Below are positions 1-15,907 of a stretch of 64,000 bases of DNA, one piece after another. The number at the start of each line of letters is the position of its first letter. Position 1 is the first letter of the stretch. Where the stretch lies: the NCBI GenBank assembly GCA_026023565.1, contig JAPETS010000004.1, forward strand, positions 930,001 to 994,000, written 5' to 3'. The translations under genes and the position numbers were made by a program. The stretch is from Cirrosporium novae-zelandiae (lineage: Eukaryota). The notes beneath the pieces were generated by a model. The model made no database searches. It worked only from the letters and a program-made list of their open reading frames with translations, and had not been told where the DNA came from.

Positions 1-197
1 AAGCGCTCATGTTATTCACTTCACTGCTTTCTCTCATTATTGGGACCAGCTACCATTCCAGGTTCTAAAAGGTATGATTATTGCATAACTTTGTGTACCA
101 TGAGCCACTCGCATGGATGTTTTTCTCTCATATAATGCTAAACACTAGAGAGGTGGCAAAAAATTGAATCCATAATGATAGCCTTGATATTGTTTCT

Positions 198-1505
198 CTA
201 TAGCTTCTGGTACTCGAGTTTCCCTTCTAGTTTCTTTGCCTCGGCAACTTTTCGTACGGCTTTGTTCATATCATCTTGGTTGATAGAGTCCCTGTAGTCT
301 TTGATAGCAAATAGACCCCTGTGAAGCGCACGAATGTCAATTTGTCGTTTCTAGATATTTGATCAGGTTTGAGATAAACTTACGCTTCTGTAATAACGTT
401 CCTCAAATCTGCTCCGTTGAGTCCGTCACTCATCTTAACCACACTTTCAAAATCTATCTCGCCTTCCAACGCCACTCCTGCGGCATGGATCTTTAAGATT
501 TCCAACCGGCCAACCTCATTAGGCAGTGGGATTTCGATCTTCCTATCCAGCCTTCCCGCTCTCAGCAATGCTGGATCCAATGTATCAGGTCGATTTGTCG
601 CCATAATTATCTTTGTCTGACCCAAATAATCGAAACCGTCAAGCTGGTTAAGAAGCTCCATAAGAGTCCGCTGGATCTCACGGTCGGCGGATGTACCTTC
701 GCTGAAACGGCGACCCCCAATAGCGTCAATTTCATCCATGAAGATAATGCAAGGAGCATGTTCTTTAGCGTAGCCAAACATTTCACGGATGAGACGAGCA
801 GACTCGCCGATATATTTATCAACAATGGCGGAGGAGACAACTTTCAAGAAGTTGGTCTCTAAACCGCTAGCTACTGCTCTTGCTAAGAGTGTTTTGCCCG
901 TGCCCGGTGGACCGTAGAGAAGCACACCTTTAGGAGGCTTTATACCTACTCGTAAGAAGAGTTCGGGATTCTTCAATGGGAGTTCGATGACCTCTCGTAG
1001 TTCCCGTATCTGATCATTGAGACCACCGATCCCCGCAAAGCTGACCTGTCCTGGATCTTCCAATGACATGTTATAAACGAGGGGATCAACTTCCCGGGGA
1101 AGCATTCGCATAATTGTTAATGTTGTCATGTCCAAGGCTACTCGGGTGCCCTGCTTGAGCTTGACCTTGTCAACCTTGGAGCGGCAGCCGACGACATATC
1201 GAGGGCCAGAGGAAGCTTTGACGATAACTGTAGGGATAGAGATGATTAGTATATTGTTATGAACATTTAGAATCTGCTAGGAGCTTACATCTCTCTTCAT
1301 CTAACTGCTTCAGAACTTCACCTATTATCTGTCCAACACTCTGTAGAGCTTTGATGTTCTCTTCGGTAGTATCAAAGTCCTTCTGCAAACCTTTGATATC
1401 TAACCGTAGAGCTTTCAGCTTTGCCTCCCATTCTCTAGACTCTAACAACTTTCCCTTATACTGCTCCAGAGCCTGCTCCCTCTCCGGGTCGTTTGCGGAA
1501 CTCAT
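198..1505 (-). CDS. RPT4: 26S proteasome regulatory AAA-ATPase subunit Rpt4 (3 exons)
   Basis: ORFs 1257-1505 and 380-1135 contain an N-terminal coiled coil ([16 protein letters not shown]), Walker A GPPGTGKT, Walker B IIFMDEID and the SRH motif [12 protein letters not shown]. The last exon ends [11 protein letters not shown] with TAG at 198-200. Confidence 0.95.
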
Positions 1506-2248
1506 AGCTCGAAATATGGGCGTGTTGATGTTGGACCTTGGATGGGACGGATCACGGGTTGAGGATCCTTGGCCGCTAGATTGAAGACTGATTAACGGTT
1601 CAGTTCAAACAGAGGATCAATCCGATAGGTGGGCGGTAGGCGATTAGGTCAATATCAGTTGATGGAAAATTTTAGAAGGTCCACAAAAAAAAGGGCGTCA
1701 AGTTGAGATAGTTAGATGATAGTAACGCAAATCTACCACATACGACGGTTGGGTTGTACAGAGCACCAGAACACCTCATATGTAAGCCGTTGGTGTTGAA
1801 TGTTGATTTGGCAGCCAGGACCGCCAGCAAGGGTGCCTTAGGTAGCTTTTTTGGCTTTTCCCTAGTTGGCCTTAGGCAACGGATCCGATGGGACGGATAA
1901 TTAGATTTCCCGAATGGCTGTATCATACCAGGATATGGACGGTATGATGATTATGATGATGAGGGGTCGCCATAACTCTCAGGCACTCAACAATAATATC
2001 CACCCACACACCCACACCACCTCAACTGATCTGATTCTGACGAACGAGCTGTGTGCCCCGCTCTGTTACCATGCCACCACCCACCACGTCTACTCACTGA
2101 ATTTTTACTTCCTTTTCACCAGACTGACTACTCACTTCTTCCTTCTTCCTTCTTCCATCTTCCGATTGTATTTAAATTAAAAGACCTGGTCTCTTTTAAA
2201 TTCTCCATCTAACTATCTTGGATATCAAGGTTTCGAAGCTCAATTGAA

Positions 2249-4021
<1,773 letters not shown>

Positions 4022-4518
4022 ATGGTAGATATTTCCTAGCAAAGGCAAACTGGTGGGCTGGTAGGCTTGGGGAGGCCCGGGTCGGACATGAATGAGCTTA
4101 CATGAACAAATAGACGGAATGAAATTAAAAAAGTTTTACGATCAACATCAATTCAATGTCCGTGTAAAATGTTAAATTCTACATATTTGATATCTTACCG
4201 GTAGCAATATCTGACTCAAAGTTGCAAAGCGTAGATATCCAAGAGCTATGGTACTCTGTAATTTGTACTTTGAAGTATTAATTTTGTTGATGCCCAACCA
4301 AGTAGTGACGCTTGTGATTTCTGTAGCTAGCCGTATCCGGGTTTTCTGACGCACTTCACTTTTTATCATAGTTCCGCCTTTCGCCCCGCACACAACTTTG
4401 TCTTCAACAAGAAAATTCTCGCGACGCTGGTGCAGGCAAGACAGACTCTTCTAGTTTTCGTTCACGAGAACGAGATATAATATTAATTCACAATACTGGT
4501 TCCTTCAGTGATTCCATT

Positions 4519-5532
4519 ATGGCGCCCTCAAAGTGGGGTAGGTTGAGGCTTGTCTTCCATAGTATGGTGCTACGTATTTAGATCGAGGCTGACTGCTTGT
4601 TCAAAATTTCATTCCAACAGATGATGAGGAAGAAGGTAGCACTCCTCCCACCTCTCCACCTATAGTTGCTCGACGCAATAAATTTGACGATGAAGAAGAA
4701 GACGACGATGTGCGCTCACCAAATAACCCTATCACCATCTGCGACTATTATCTAACTAGCTACTACGCAGGTGCTAGAGTCATGGGACGCTGCAGAAGAC
4801 TCGGAAGAAGAACGAGAGAAAGAGAAGAAAGCCGCCGAGGCCAAGGCGAAAGCAGAGGCAGAGGCAAAGGCAAACCACAAGTCTAAAGCACAACGAAGAT
4901 TAGAAAAAATTCAGGAACATCAACGACGGAAGGAGGCAAATGAAACAGATAGCAGTGAAGAGGAGGATGAGGCTGATAAACGCCAGAGACTGCGCCAGAT
5001 TGAGCTAGATGCCGATATGAAGGCTGCTGCAGATCTCTTCGGTGACGTTGGAATGGGTCCTACTAAGCGCTCAACGACAAAACCTATCGTCGCTGCCGAC
5101 CCAAAGGATCCTACAAACTCCATCAATCTTTCTGCTATGCCCCTTTTCAACCCCACCACAAAAGATCAATTTACAAAGTTGCGGGAAACCTTGGTACCAA
5201 TATTGACCGCTAACCAAGCGAAACCACAATACTCTTTGTTCTTACCAGAGTTTACAAAGGCCCTTGCGAAGGATCTGTCTAGCGAACAAATTAAGAAAAT
5301 CGCCAGTAACTTAACAGCATTGTCAAACGAGAAGATGAGGGAGGAGAAGGCGGCGGAGAAGGGAAACAAGAAATCCAAGGCTTCGAAGACCAAGGCCTCC
5401 CTAGTTGCAAGTAGAGATATAAGCTATAAGGCTGATACGGTGGATTATGGAGATGAACTTGGAGAGTATGTTAGAATGGTTCTCTATTTTATCTGCCTTT
5501 TGTTAACACATCTTAGTGATGACTTCATGTGA
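4519..5532 (+). CDS. HCR1: Translation initiation factor eIF3 subunit J (4 exons)
   Basis: MAPSKW|DDEEE... start, acidic N-terminus, LESWDAAEDSE, DADMKAAADLFG and the diagnostic DDFM* C-terminus. Confidence 0.9.
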
Positions 5533-5832
5533 AACGATACGATGACGGTCTATTGCGGAGAAGTTATGAGGATCCCCTTCTATGAACCCTTTCTTTCAAC
5601 TTCTACCGACAATTTTATACACAAAATGGAGTGTGCCTTCAAACCGGGTTTCAATTCATCTGTTCTCTTTAATGCTTTTTCTAGCGTTTGGTCGTTAATG
5701 GTGCATTGCATTTAGATGCCAATCAAGTAGATCGGGTCCCTTCGAACAGATGGGACACACTGGATTTCTCGTTTATTGAGAACCAAAATACCAATATTCT
5801 ATATTTTTAATCGTCTAGTATATATGTATACT

Positions 5833-6491
5833 TCACATGTCTTCTTGGGCTCTCTTTATTTCCGCAGCGACTTGTAACTGTCTCCGTTCGTCCCTCAATG
5901 TAATAAAAGTCTGTCACCCATTAACCGGTAGCCCATTTACTCATGACATAGTTGCTTGACAAGAATTAGACTTACCCAGAACCAAATAAGCATTTCCACA
6001 AATGCCCACGTAAATACAATATTATTCTTCAATTCCCCACCAAACTCACGATTCTTATATCCTCCTCGAGAACTGGTAATAGTGCTACCTTCCATAGGCC
6101 GGGACAAAAGCATCCATCCAGCCAGAATGAAGAAGAAAGCTGAGCGAACGGGTGCTTGGGCAGACCAGTACAAAACGCTCAGTTCTTCATGCATGGAGGT
6201 GGCTGTTAAATCCGAAATTCCCAGCAGGGCGAAAAGGACGCCAAGGAATGCCGTCGGAGCAGATCTGGAATCGAAGGCGGGTGCTGGCGGCTGTAGCATT
6301 TGTATTAGCTAAATTTTTACTTGTAATTAGAATGCGAGGAGGTGGAAACGTACTAATCCCATTGCCTCTCCAAATACAAACACAAGCGATTGATCGGCGA
6401 CCGTGGACGGGGAGGTGAGAAAGAAGAAGGCTAGGGATATATGGAACAATGAGAGGGAGCGAATAACTGCGGAAGAAGTGATTATCGCCAT
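5833..6491 (-). CDS. ILM1: Ilm1-like membrane protein (3 exons)
   Basis: MAIITSSAVIRSLSLFHISLAFFFL..., YWSAQAPVR, LKNNIVFTWAFVEMLIWFW. The last exon ends ...AQEDM*. Family recognised from memory. Confidence 0.75.
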
Positions 6492-6897
6492 ATTGATATG
6501 TATCGGGAAGTATGCTGGTTGTATATGTATTGGTGTGGGTTTGGGACTGGGCTCGGGGGGAGGGTGAGTGGAGGTCGTCAGTCGCGTACGAAGCTTTCTA
6601 GGTTGAAGGTTGACAGCTTGCACTTTTTATTTTGACAGGTCCTACCTTCATGGGCAAGGAAACTATAAGTTGCTCTTACACATATCCTACAATATTTTAG
6701 CCATTTCATCCTCTTTACTTCCACTCTATACGAAAAATAGTGTGTAGCATGAATTCCGGCTCAGTCTACATTTGCTTCTCTCCTGCGCTTCAGCGAATGT
6801 TGATCTGCTCCCTGCGGACCTCCGTCTTTCTCGCCCTCGAGACCACCCAGGGGTACGCCACTCTTCTTTAAGCTCACGCTCATTTGTTCCTGCAGCC

Positions 6898-9194
<2,297 letters not shown>

Positions 9195-9931
9195 GGTGAT
9201 AGTTAGGCCAATACAGAGTGGCGTGAGTAGAGGCGCTGGTATTTGCATTGAACGGAGTTTGTCTATTACTATGGACGGACAGTTTTCATATTGTTTTGTT
9301 TAACCTGGAGAAGCGGAAAGTGAAAAGGTGGAAAGTAAGTTAAAAAGAAATGGAAAGCAATCGGGGTCTCCGGGCTGCCTGTGAGGCTTTGAGGGAGTTT
9401 CATGTAATATACCTACAATACTTTATATGATTGGCTAAAAAATGGTACATTAGGGCAGGATGCTGGCCTGGTCTGCCACAGTTACACTTGATATCTCCCG
9501 CCTTCAACATTGATATTGACATGTCAGAACTTTTAGAATTTCGCAAGCCTACTATTAAGTACGGGTTCAAGTCTTTGTTATTATTATTTTTTTTCTCTGG
9601 GTTGGTTGATTTGATAGTCATGTACTGTACATGTACATTAATGTTAATGGCTGGTTCAATTGGAAGATCAATGCCGAGGTATTTCATCGGCAAACTCACT
9701 TGCTACTTTAGTACCTCAGAGCTTCATTCCATCTTATTCCATTTTATTATGGTCAGTGATTCATGTTCTAGAGACCTTCAGGCTATCATGGGCCTTTGGA
9801 GGCTCTTTCCTTACCTTACACGTCTTTAGTTTCCTCGTCATCTCCCCAGGTGTATATCGTTATAACCATCTTTCTTCCTTTTCTATCTCCTTCTCACTTC
9901 TCAACATCACTTTCTTCGTTCTGTAAGAATA

Positions 9932-10936
9932 ATGTCGTCCTTTGCTGAAGCTACTGCTGTTACACCCATCGATTCTCATACCTACTCAGCTTACCTAGAC
10001 GACGACTGGGCTATTGGAACAGGTTAGTAGGGTTAACTTCACCCATTACTTTCCCAGGTAGTGACTAAAAAGTATCTACCAGTTCCGCATGGAGGATATG
10101 TAACAGCTCTCTTCCTAAAAGTAGCTTCTGTTCACTTTTCCTCTACTCTCGCCGGATACAACCAGCCCCATACGATATCTCTACATCTTGAGTTCCTTCG
10201 TCGGTCAACCGTCGGGCCAGCTATTTTCAAGGTACAAGATATAAAGCTGGGACGTCAAACCTCTAATATCCATGTCTCATTATCCCAGGAAGGCAAAGAA
10301 GAAGTGGTTGGCTATCTCATCAATTCCAATATTCAAACTGAAAACGGTCCCTCAACTCCAAATGATTGGAAACTACTCCCGTCTGCATATCCAGTTGATC
10401 TACGGCATCTAAATGATGACCAAGATAAATATTGGGGACGTCTGGAGTACCTTCCCTTTTCAAACTTCCGCAAAGCGTTACAACGGCTGAAATGGTGGTT
10501 ACCACGGAATGGCCAACTAAGCCAAGAACTGGCAGACGAATGGATCAGTTTTGAAAACGGGGATAGGATGAACCAAGAAAGCCTTGGATTTGTTTGCGAC
10601 TGTTGGCAGCAGCTTGGAGAACCGGGTCAGGGAGAAGGACTCAACTCGATCACCGAGGAAAAATATGCGGAGCTCGCTTCTTACTGGTATCCTACTCTGG
10701 TACTAAATCTGGACATTAAGAAGGTGCTACCGCCTGAAGGGGTTGAGTTTCTGTTCGTTAGGGTCAGAGCTAAGCAAACCAAGAACGGAAGAAGAGATCT
10801 GGAGATTGTGATCATTGATGATGAGAATGATATTGTAGCTTTAAGTCATCATCAATGTCTGATTTTGCCCGTGGACAGAAATCTGGCAGCCAGAACGAAG
10901 CAGGGTAATGATGCCAATGGAGAGAGCAAGCTCTAA
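9932..10936 (+). CDS. Thioesterase-like (double hotdog fold) protein with peroxisomal PTS1
   Basis: Exon 1 MSSFAEATAV...DDWAIGT is spliced to VPHGGY. Also contains WYPTLVLNLDIKK and NGRRDLEIVI. C-terminal SKL. Confidence 0.8.
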
Positions 10937-11442
10937 GAAGCGGCGTTATCGTGGACATGATACAATACTGGGTTGGGTTGGGTTTCGATAGAGGGTAATA
11001 AGGTGACCTAGAGGACTCCAAGACATTCAGATAGTCGAAACAGGAAGCTAGAATTCTAATGAGACGATTACTGGCTACTGTTCTGTCAGGGAATTGAATA
11101 ATTTTCCTATTTTTAATGGTAGACTGTGGCCTTTCAATCTCACATCGTTATCGGCGAATCGTGCATGGATTCCTGCCAGCTAATCAGCATCCAGAGTGCT
11201 AAGTACCTAAATACCTACCTAGGTACTTAACTACCAAGGTACCTAGAGTTATTTTTATTCCCTTCCGCAACACCCACATCTACACTATATAGGCCAATTG
11301 AATTCGCATTAGCACTATATTGAGTAACTATTATAATGCTTTCGTGGATTTGAAGGTAATTGATCGAAGCAATTTGCTATTGAAAGCTTGCGCATTGTGC
11401 CGTTGCAGTACGCAACCCCCACCACCACCAAATAGAACGAAG

Positions 11443-12746
11443 ATGAAGCTCCTCCTTCTCCTCTCCAGTCTAGTCTCCCTCACCTCCGCTGCTCTTTGGC
11501 TCCCAAACCAACAGCGTCCACTCGACAAACCCTCTCACGTCCCCCCCCACAGCGATGAGCTTCCGCTTGCGCCTCCCAAGCTCCCAAACCACCACCTCCT
11601 AGCTCTCCACGCAAAGCTGTGTGAAATCGAATCGATTAGCGGAAACGAAGCCGGCGTGGGACACTACCTGGCCGCATACCTCAAGAAAAAGCTCAACCTT
11701 ACCGTGGAGCTCCAACCCGTCCACCCAAAGCCGTCGCTATTCAACCTCAAGCATGGCATCTCGGTGAAACCTTCCAAGCGGTTTAACGTGCTTGCATACC
11801 CCGGCACAACGCGCCAGACCCGTGCGCTGCTCAGCTCGCATATCGACACCGTACCACCCTACCTACACTACCGCCGTACGCCCTCCGGCGAGATCTGGGG
11901 CCGTGGCAGCGTTGACGCTAAGGGATCTGTCGCGGCGCAGGTCACCGCCCTCCATGATCTTCTCTCCTCGGGCGAGATTTCCGAAGGGGATGTTGGACTC
12001 CTATTCGTGGTGGGCGAAGAGACCGTCGGCGACGGTATGACAGCCGCGAACGATCTCGGTATTCCCTGGGAAACCGTCATCTTCGGCGAACCGACGGACA
12101 AGAAACTCGCCTGCGGACATAAAGGCATGCTAGGTTTTACAATCCATACCTATGGCAAAACAGGCCACAGCGGATATCCGTGGCTTGCTGTGAGCGCGAA
12201 TGAGCTGCTGATCAAGGCCCTGGTGGCGCTGCAGAAGGTTGAATTCCCTGCCAGCGAGAAGTATGGGGAGACGACTGTTAATATTGGGAGGATCAGTGGT
12301 GGGGTCGCGGCGAATGTGATTCCGGAGAAGGGGGAGGCGAAGATCGCGGTAAGGCTTGCGGGGGGGAATGTCGAGGATGTGAAGAGGAAGGTTGTCGAGG
12401 CCGTTGAAAGTGTCGGGGAGGGGATGGTGGAGGTGGAATTCACAATGACGGGTTATGAACCCGTGGATATTGATTGTGACGTTGATGGTAAGTACAATAC
12501 CCCCCGCTCTAAATATATACGTGTCTTGAAAAAAAACGCTCACAGCGCAACACACGCACAGGTTTCGATACCATAACCGTAAATTACGGAACCGATATTC
12601 CCCACCTCAAAGGAAACTACAAACGCTACCTCTACGGTCCTGGCGATATTCTTGTCGCACATTCTGATCATGAACATCTCACCGTTGGGGATCTGGAGGA
12701 GGCTGTTGAGGGGTATAAGGGGCTTGTTAGAGCTTCTTTGAAGTAA
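11443..12746 (+). CDS. Secreted or vacuolar M20 family metallopeptidase (acetylornithine deacetylase-like; 2 exons)
   Basis: Signal peptide [16 protein letters not shown]. Metal-ligand motifs [19 protein letters not shown] and GEPT, plus AHSDHE in exon 2. Intron ~12488-12561. Confidence 0.88.
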
Positions 12747-13137
12747 GTGGTAGGAGGAGGAGGAGGATTATCGAATTGGGGTCACCTTTTGTTGCTTATT
12801 ACAACTAATTAACTAAGGAGTGAGTATAAATAAAGAGTAAAAAGGAGGTAAACGGAGATATGATTTGTGTAGTAGTAGTTGTAGTAGGCATTTATTTCAA
12901 TTAGCCCTCAAAATATAAAAAGTATCATCAAGAAAAGAAAAGAATGAAGGAAGGTTCCCTCCCTCCCTTATCTCCTTATAAGTAAGTAGTAACAAATCCT
13001 ATTATATCCCTATCAACGCTTCCCCTCCCTTCACACAATTTAACATAAAACAGTTATATTTAACCCATCTATCTAATCTATACATCCGTAGCAAAAATAC
13101 CCTACAGTAGTTAGTGATGAACGGAGAATTAGATAGA

Positions 13138-13550
13138 TTATTGGTAAGTGCCATTTGATTGTCTTAAAGGTCTAATAGTCGCATCAAAACTAAGAGTAAC
13201 CTGTTGGTCCATCCTGCCTTGGAGAGACAGACAATAAACCACTGAACGAACGCCCCGCCGATTTTTGGGAATAGGTTCCCCGATCGCCTGATGAGATAAT
13301 GGTCTTGATGACGACACAAAGATTGAGTAACTTGCTTTTGCCCAAATGGCCACCTCCCTACCGCCCATGATGAAGCAGGGCAATAACACACCCGAGTGGC
13401 TAAGCTTTTTTTGTGCCCTATTAGGAATTTCATGTTGTAAATTTTTGAGTTGTTGGAATCGTGGGATCTAATTAGATATTAGCAAAGAGATATGGGATGG
13501 GCTGAGGTATTACTTACATTGATGAAAATTACCTTAAGCCCCGGCGCCAT
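13138..13550 (-). CDS. Possible small spliced orphan ORF (~122 aa)
   Basis: ATG at 13550, then a canonical GTAAGT...GCTAAT...TAG intron (~13517-13468) that joins in frame to ORF 13138-13389. CT-rich region upstream. No recognisable domain. Confidence 0.25.
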
Positions 13551-15907
13551 CTATTCCAGTACTAGTACTGACTTCAGCGTCACCTCCTTCATCATTAATA
13601 GCAGTTGAAGGATTCTCTTTGTCATTGTGAAACTGGTTGATTGACTTTATTGTTTTGAAATAGAAGTTAGCTTCACTCTCAACACGAGTAGAATATAATA
13701 GAAGAGTGCTTCATGTCTCTTTGAGAGAAAAAAAGAGAAGGGTAGCCTTAGCCTTAGAGTTGGATTAAGGCATGGCTGGAGAGGTTGTGGATTGAAGAGG
13801 AAAAGAGAAGATGGGAGAAGAAAGAGTCGGGAGAAAAGGATAGAATTTTAGTTATAGGGGGCAATGGCCTTCCCTGTGAGAGGAGATCAGTCTCTCGAGA
13901 TGAAAAAAAGAAAAGAGAAGGGAAGGGAAGAGGAAGCAGGAACTGAGTGGGATATTTATACCCAGTTGAGTCGCTTTCATGACCTCGTTTAGGACACCTT
14001 CATCATATTTGAGACCGGGCTTTCCTTTCCAGAGTAGATACAACTTCTCATCATGTGGTTAGTAGGGACGAATAGAGATATGTGATTCGGGTGTGTCTTT
14101 AGTTTGAAAGGATCTCAACACCTCCACAAGATTGTCAACAGCATTATAGGAACCAGCAGTAGGGATCTAAGTAGGATTAGTACACCAAGAAAATTCAAGG
14201 ATTATATTAGAGCACTTAGAAAATGTACGTCATCTTCTAAGTAATATGTCGTGATGGATTTGATGGTCTCGATATTTCCAGATCCTCCTAGAATGTCAAT
14301 GACACTATAGAAGTGCTAGCAAGCATGTAACAAAAGTAGTCTATTATTAGAAGTGTGTTGTAAAATCTAAGTAAAGGTCTAGGTCGGAGGAATAAATAGT
14401 CAGTAGCTGACCGAGCTCCTTCCCAACAACACGAACGCGACGAGAGAAGGTTGTAATGCATTTATTGAAAGCCTTGATCCGAGAATAATTCATTTAACCT
14501 TAGGGTCATTTTGGTCTTGCGAAGGACGTCATTTGATCGGTTGATGATTATTTTCTGATGTTGACTAGCATGCTCCTTCGTATGGCCGAGGGCGTTGTTG
14601 ATATCAAAACCTGGTGCATCTAGAGTCTAGTCGTACAAAGTGTCAAGTCATTGAACAGGGGATCGCGTTTTGTGGACTTGGATCCAGTGAAGAGATGACG
14701 CTTTAATGAAACGAGTTTGGAGAGATGGATGGTAAGGGTTTAGTACAATGAATTTGAGCGAATTTCTTCCAAACCTGCTAGAGGACCTTTGATTGCCAGC
14801 ATAAAGAGAGCTCACTTTCCTTCAACTATTAGTAGGTAGCTCGCATAATTTAAATAAGGTCGCCCTTTTCTTCGTTCATCGTTAGATAACCGGAGAGTGA
14901 ATATATTCCATATTTCGGTATGAAATATACCAGTCCCCGGACAGTGTTAGATGACCGGACCTCTCCGCTTAGCTACTTTACTTCATTTCGAAAGTAAAGC
15001 ACCCAGGTGTGACCGCGAGGAGGTGTAGGATTTCACACCCATTTGAGGCGTAGTTGACATTACACCTTGTGTATAAAATGTGATGAAGCCGAACCTGTTC
15101 ATAAGATATAATTTAGAAGAAAGATAGAAACGTTCAACTGCTAGGCTTTGTCCTTAAGTAAAAGAAAGATAACCCCAAAAGAGGGCTAGATAGTAGATGT
15201 AGTTTGCAATGTTCAAGCATAAAAGATTGATGATTTTAATGAAGACAGGAAGGGGTGGAGGAGTTTAAATAAACGAGTGCAGCCAGGAATTTGGATAGAT
15301 GGTGGAGTAGTGAATGGAGATAGTAAATAGAGATGATTGAATAAAGGTGAGTGAATAGAATTCTAGCGTCTAGTCATGTGCCAGGATGTTGATATTGATG
15401 TAATCTTAACCACTTGATAGACATCATAAGTATTAAGTAGAAATCCGAAGTGTTTATCTCGACTTATAGTTGTGGAAGATTGTAGTGATAATAAATACTT
15501 TCTCCATGTTATTAACAGTAACCTGTTGAATTATAAAAAGGAGACTAGATTATCAAGTAACAAGTAGTACTTCTCAACCGTTAACATGATATTTATTAAT
15601 GCGCTCAAATCTAGGGGTCTAGTAAGCGTCGAAAGATGTGGAACCCATCCACGAACTCATGAAGAAATGCTGGGAAAATCTCCATGCAAGATAGTTATCA
15701 AAAATTTAACCAATTCCTTGAAGCCTTTTGTGCATTACTAGTATCATGAAAGCAGCGACGAAGCCCTCGTCAAGAGAAACAAGCCTTTGTAGATTTTCGA
15801 ACCCCAATTTTCAGCTCTGACTAGTGGACCACTTAGTAAAAACATTAGGAATTGAAATACTTGAGTGAGAGGTTCTAAACATAGCAATTAATTTGTCTCG
15901 TTTTACT

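Noticed and set aside
152..160. Perfect PACE/Rpn4 motif GGTGGCAAA next to RPT4
   Set aside because: It lies downstream of the RPT4 stop rather than in its promoter, and the same 9-mer occurs in an unrelated intron (~16037). Likely chance.
13285..13330. CTGATGAG hammerhead-like core or C/D box-like TGATGA motifs
   Set aside because: No matching GAAA core or stems, and no convincing C/D pair with a terminal stem.
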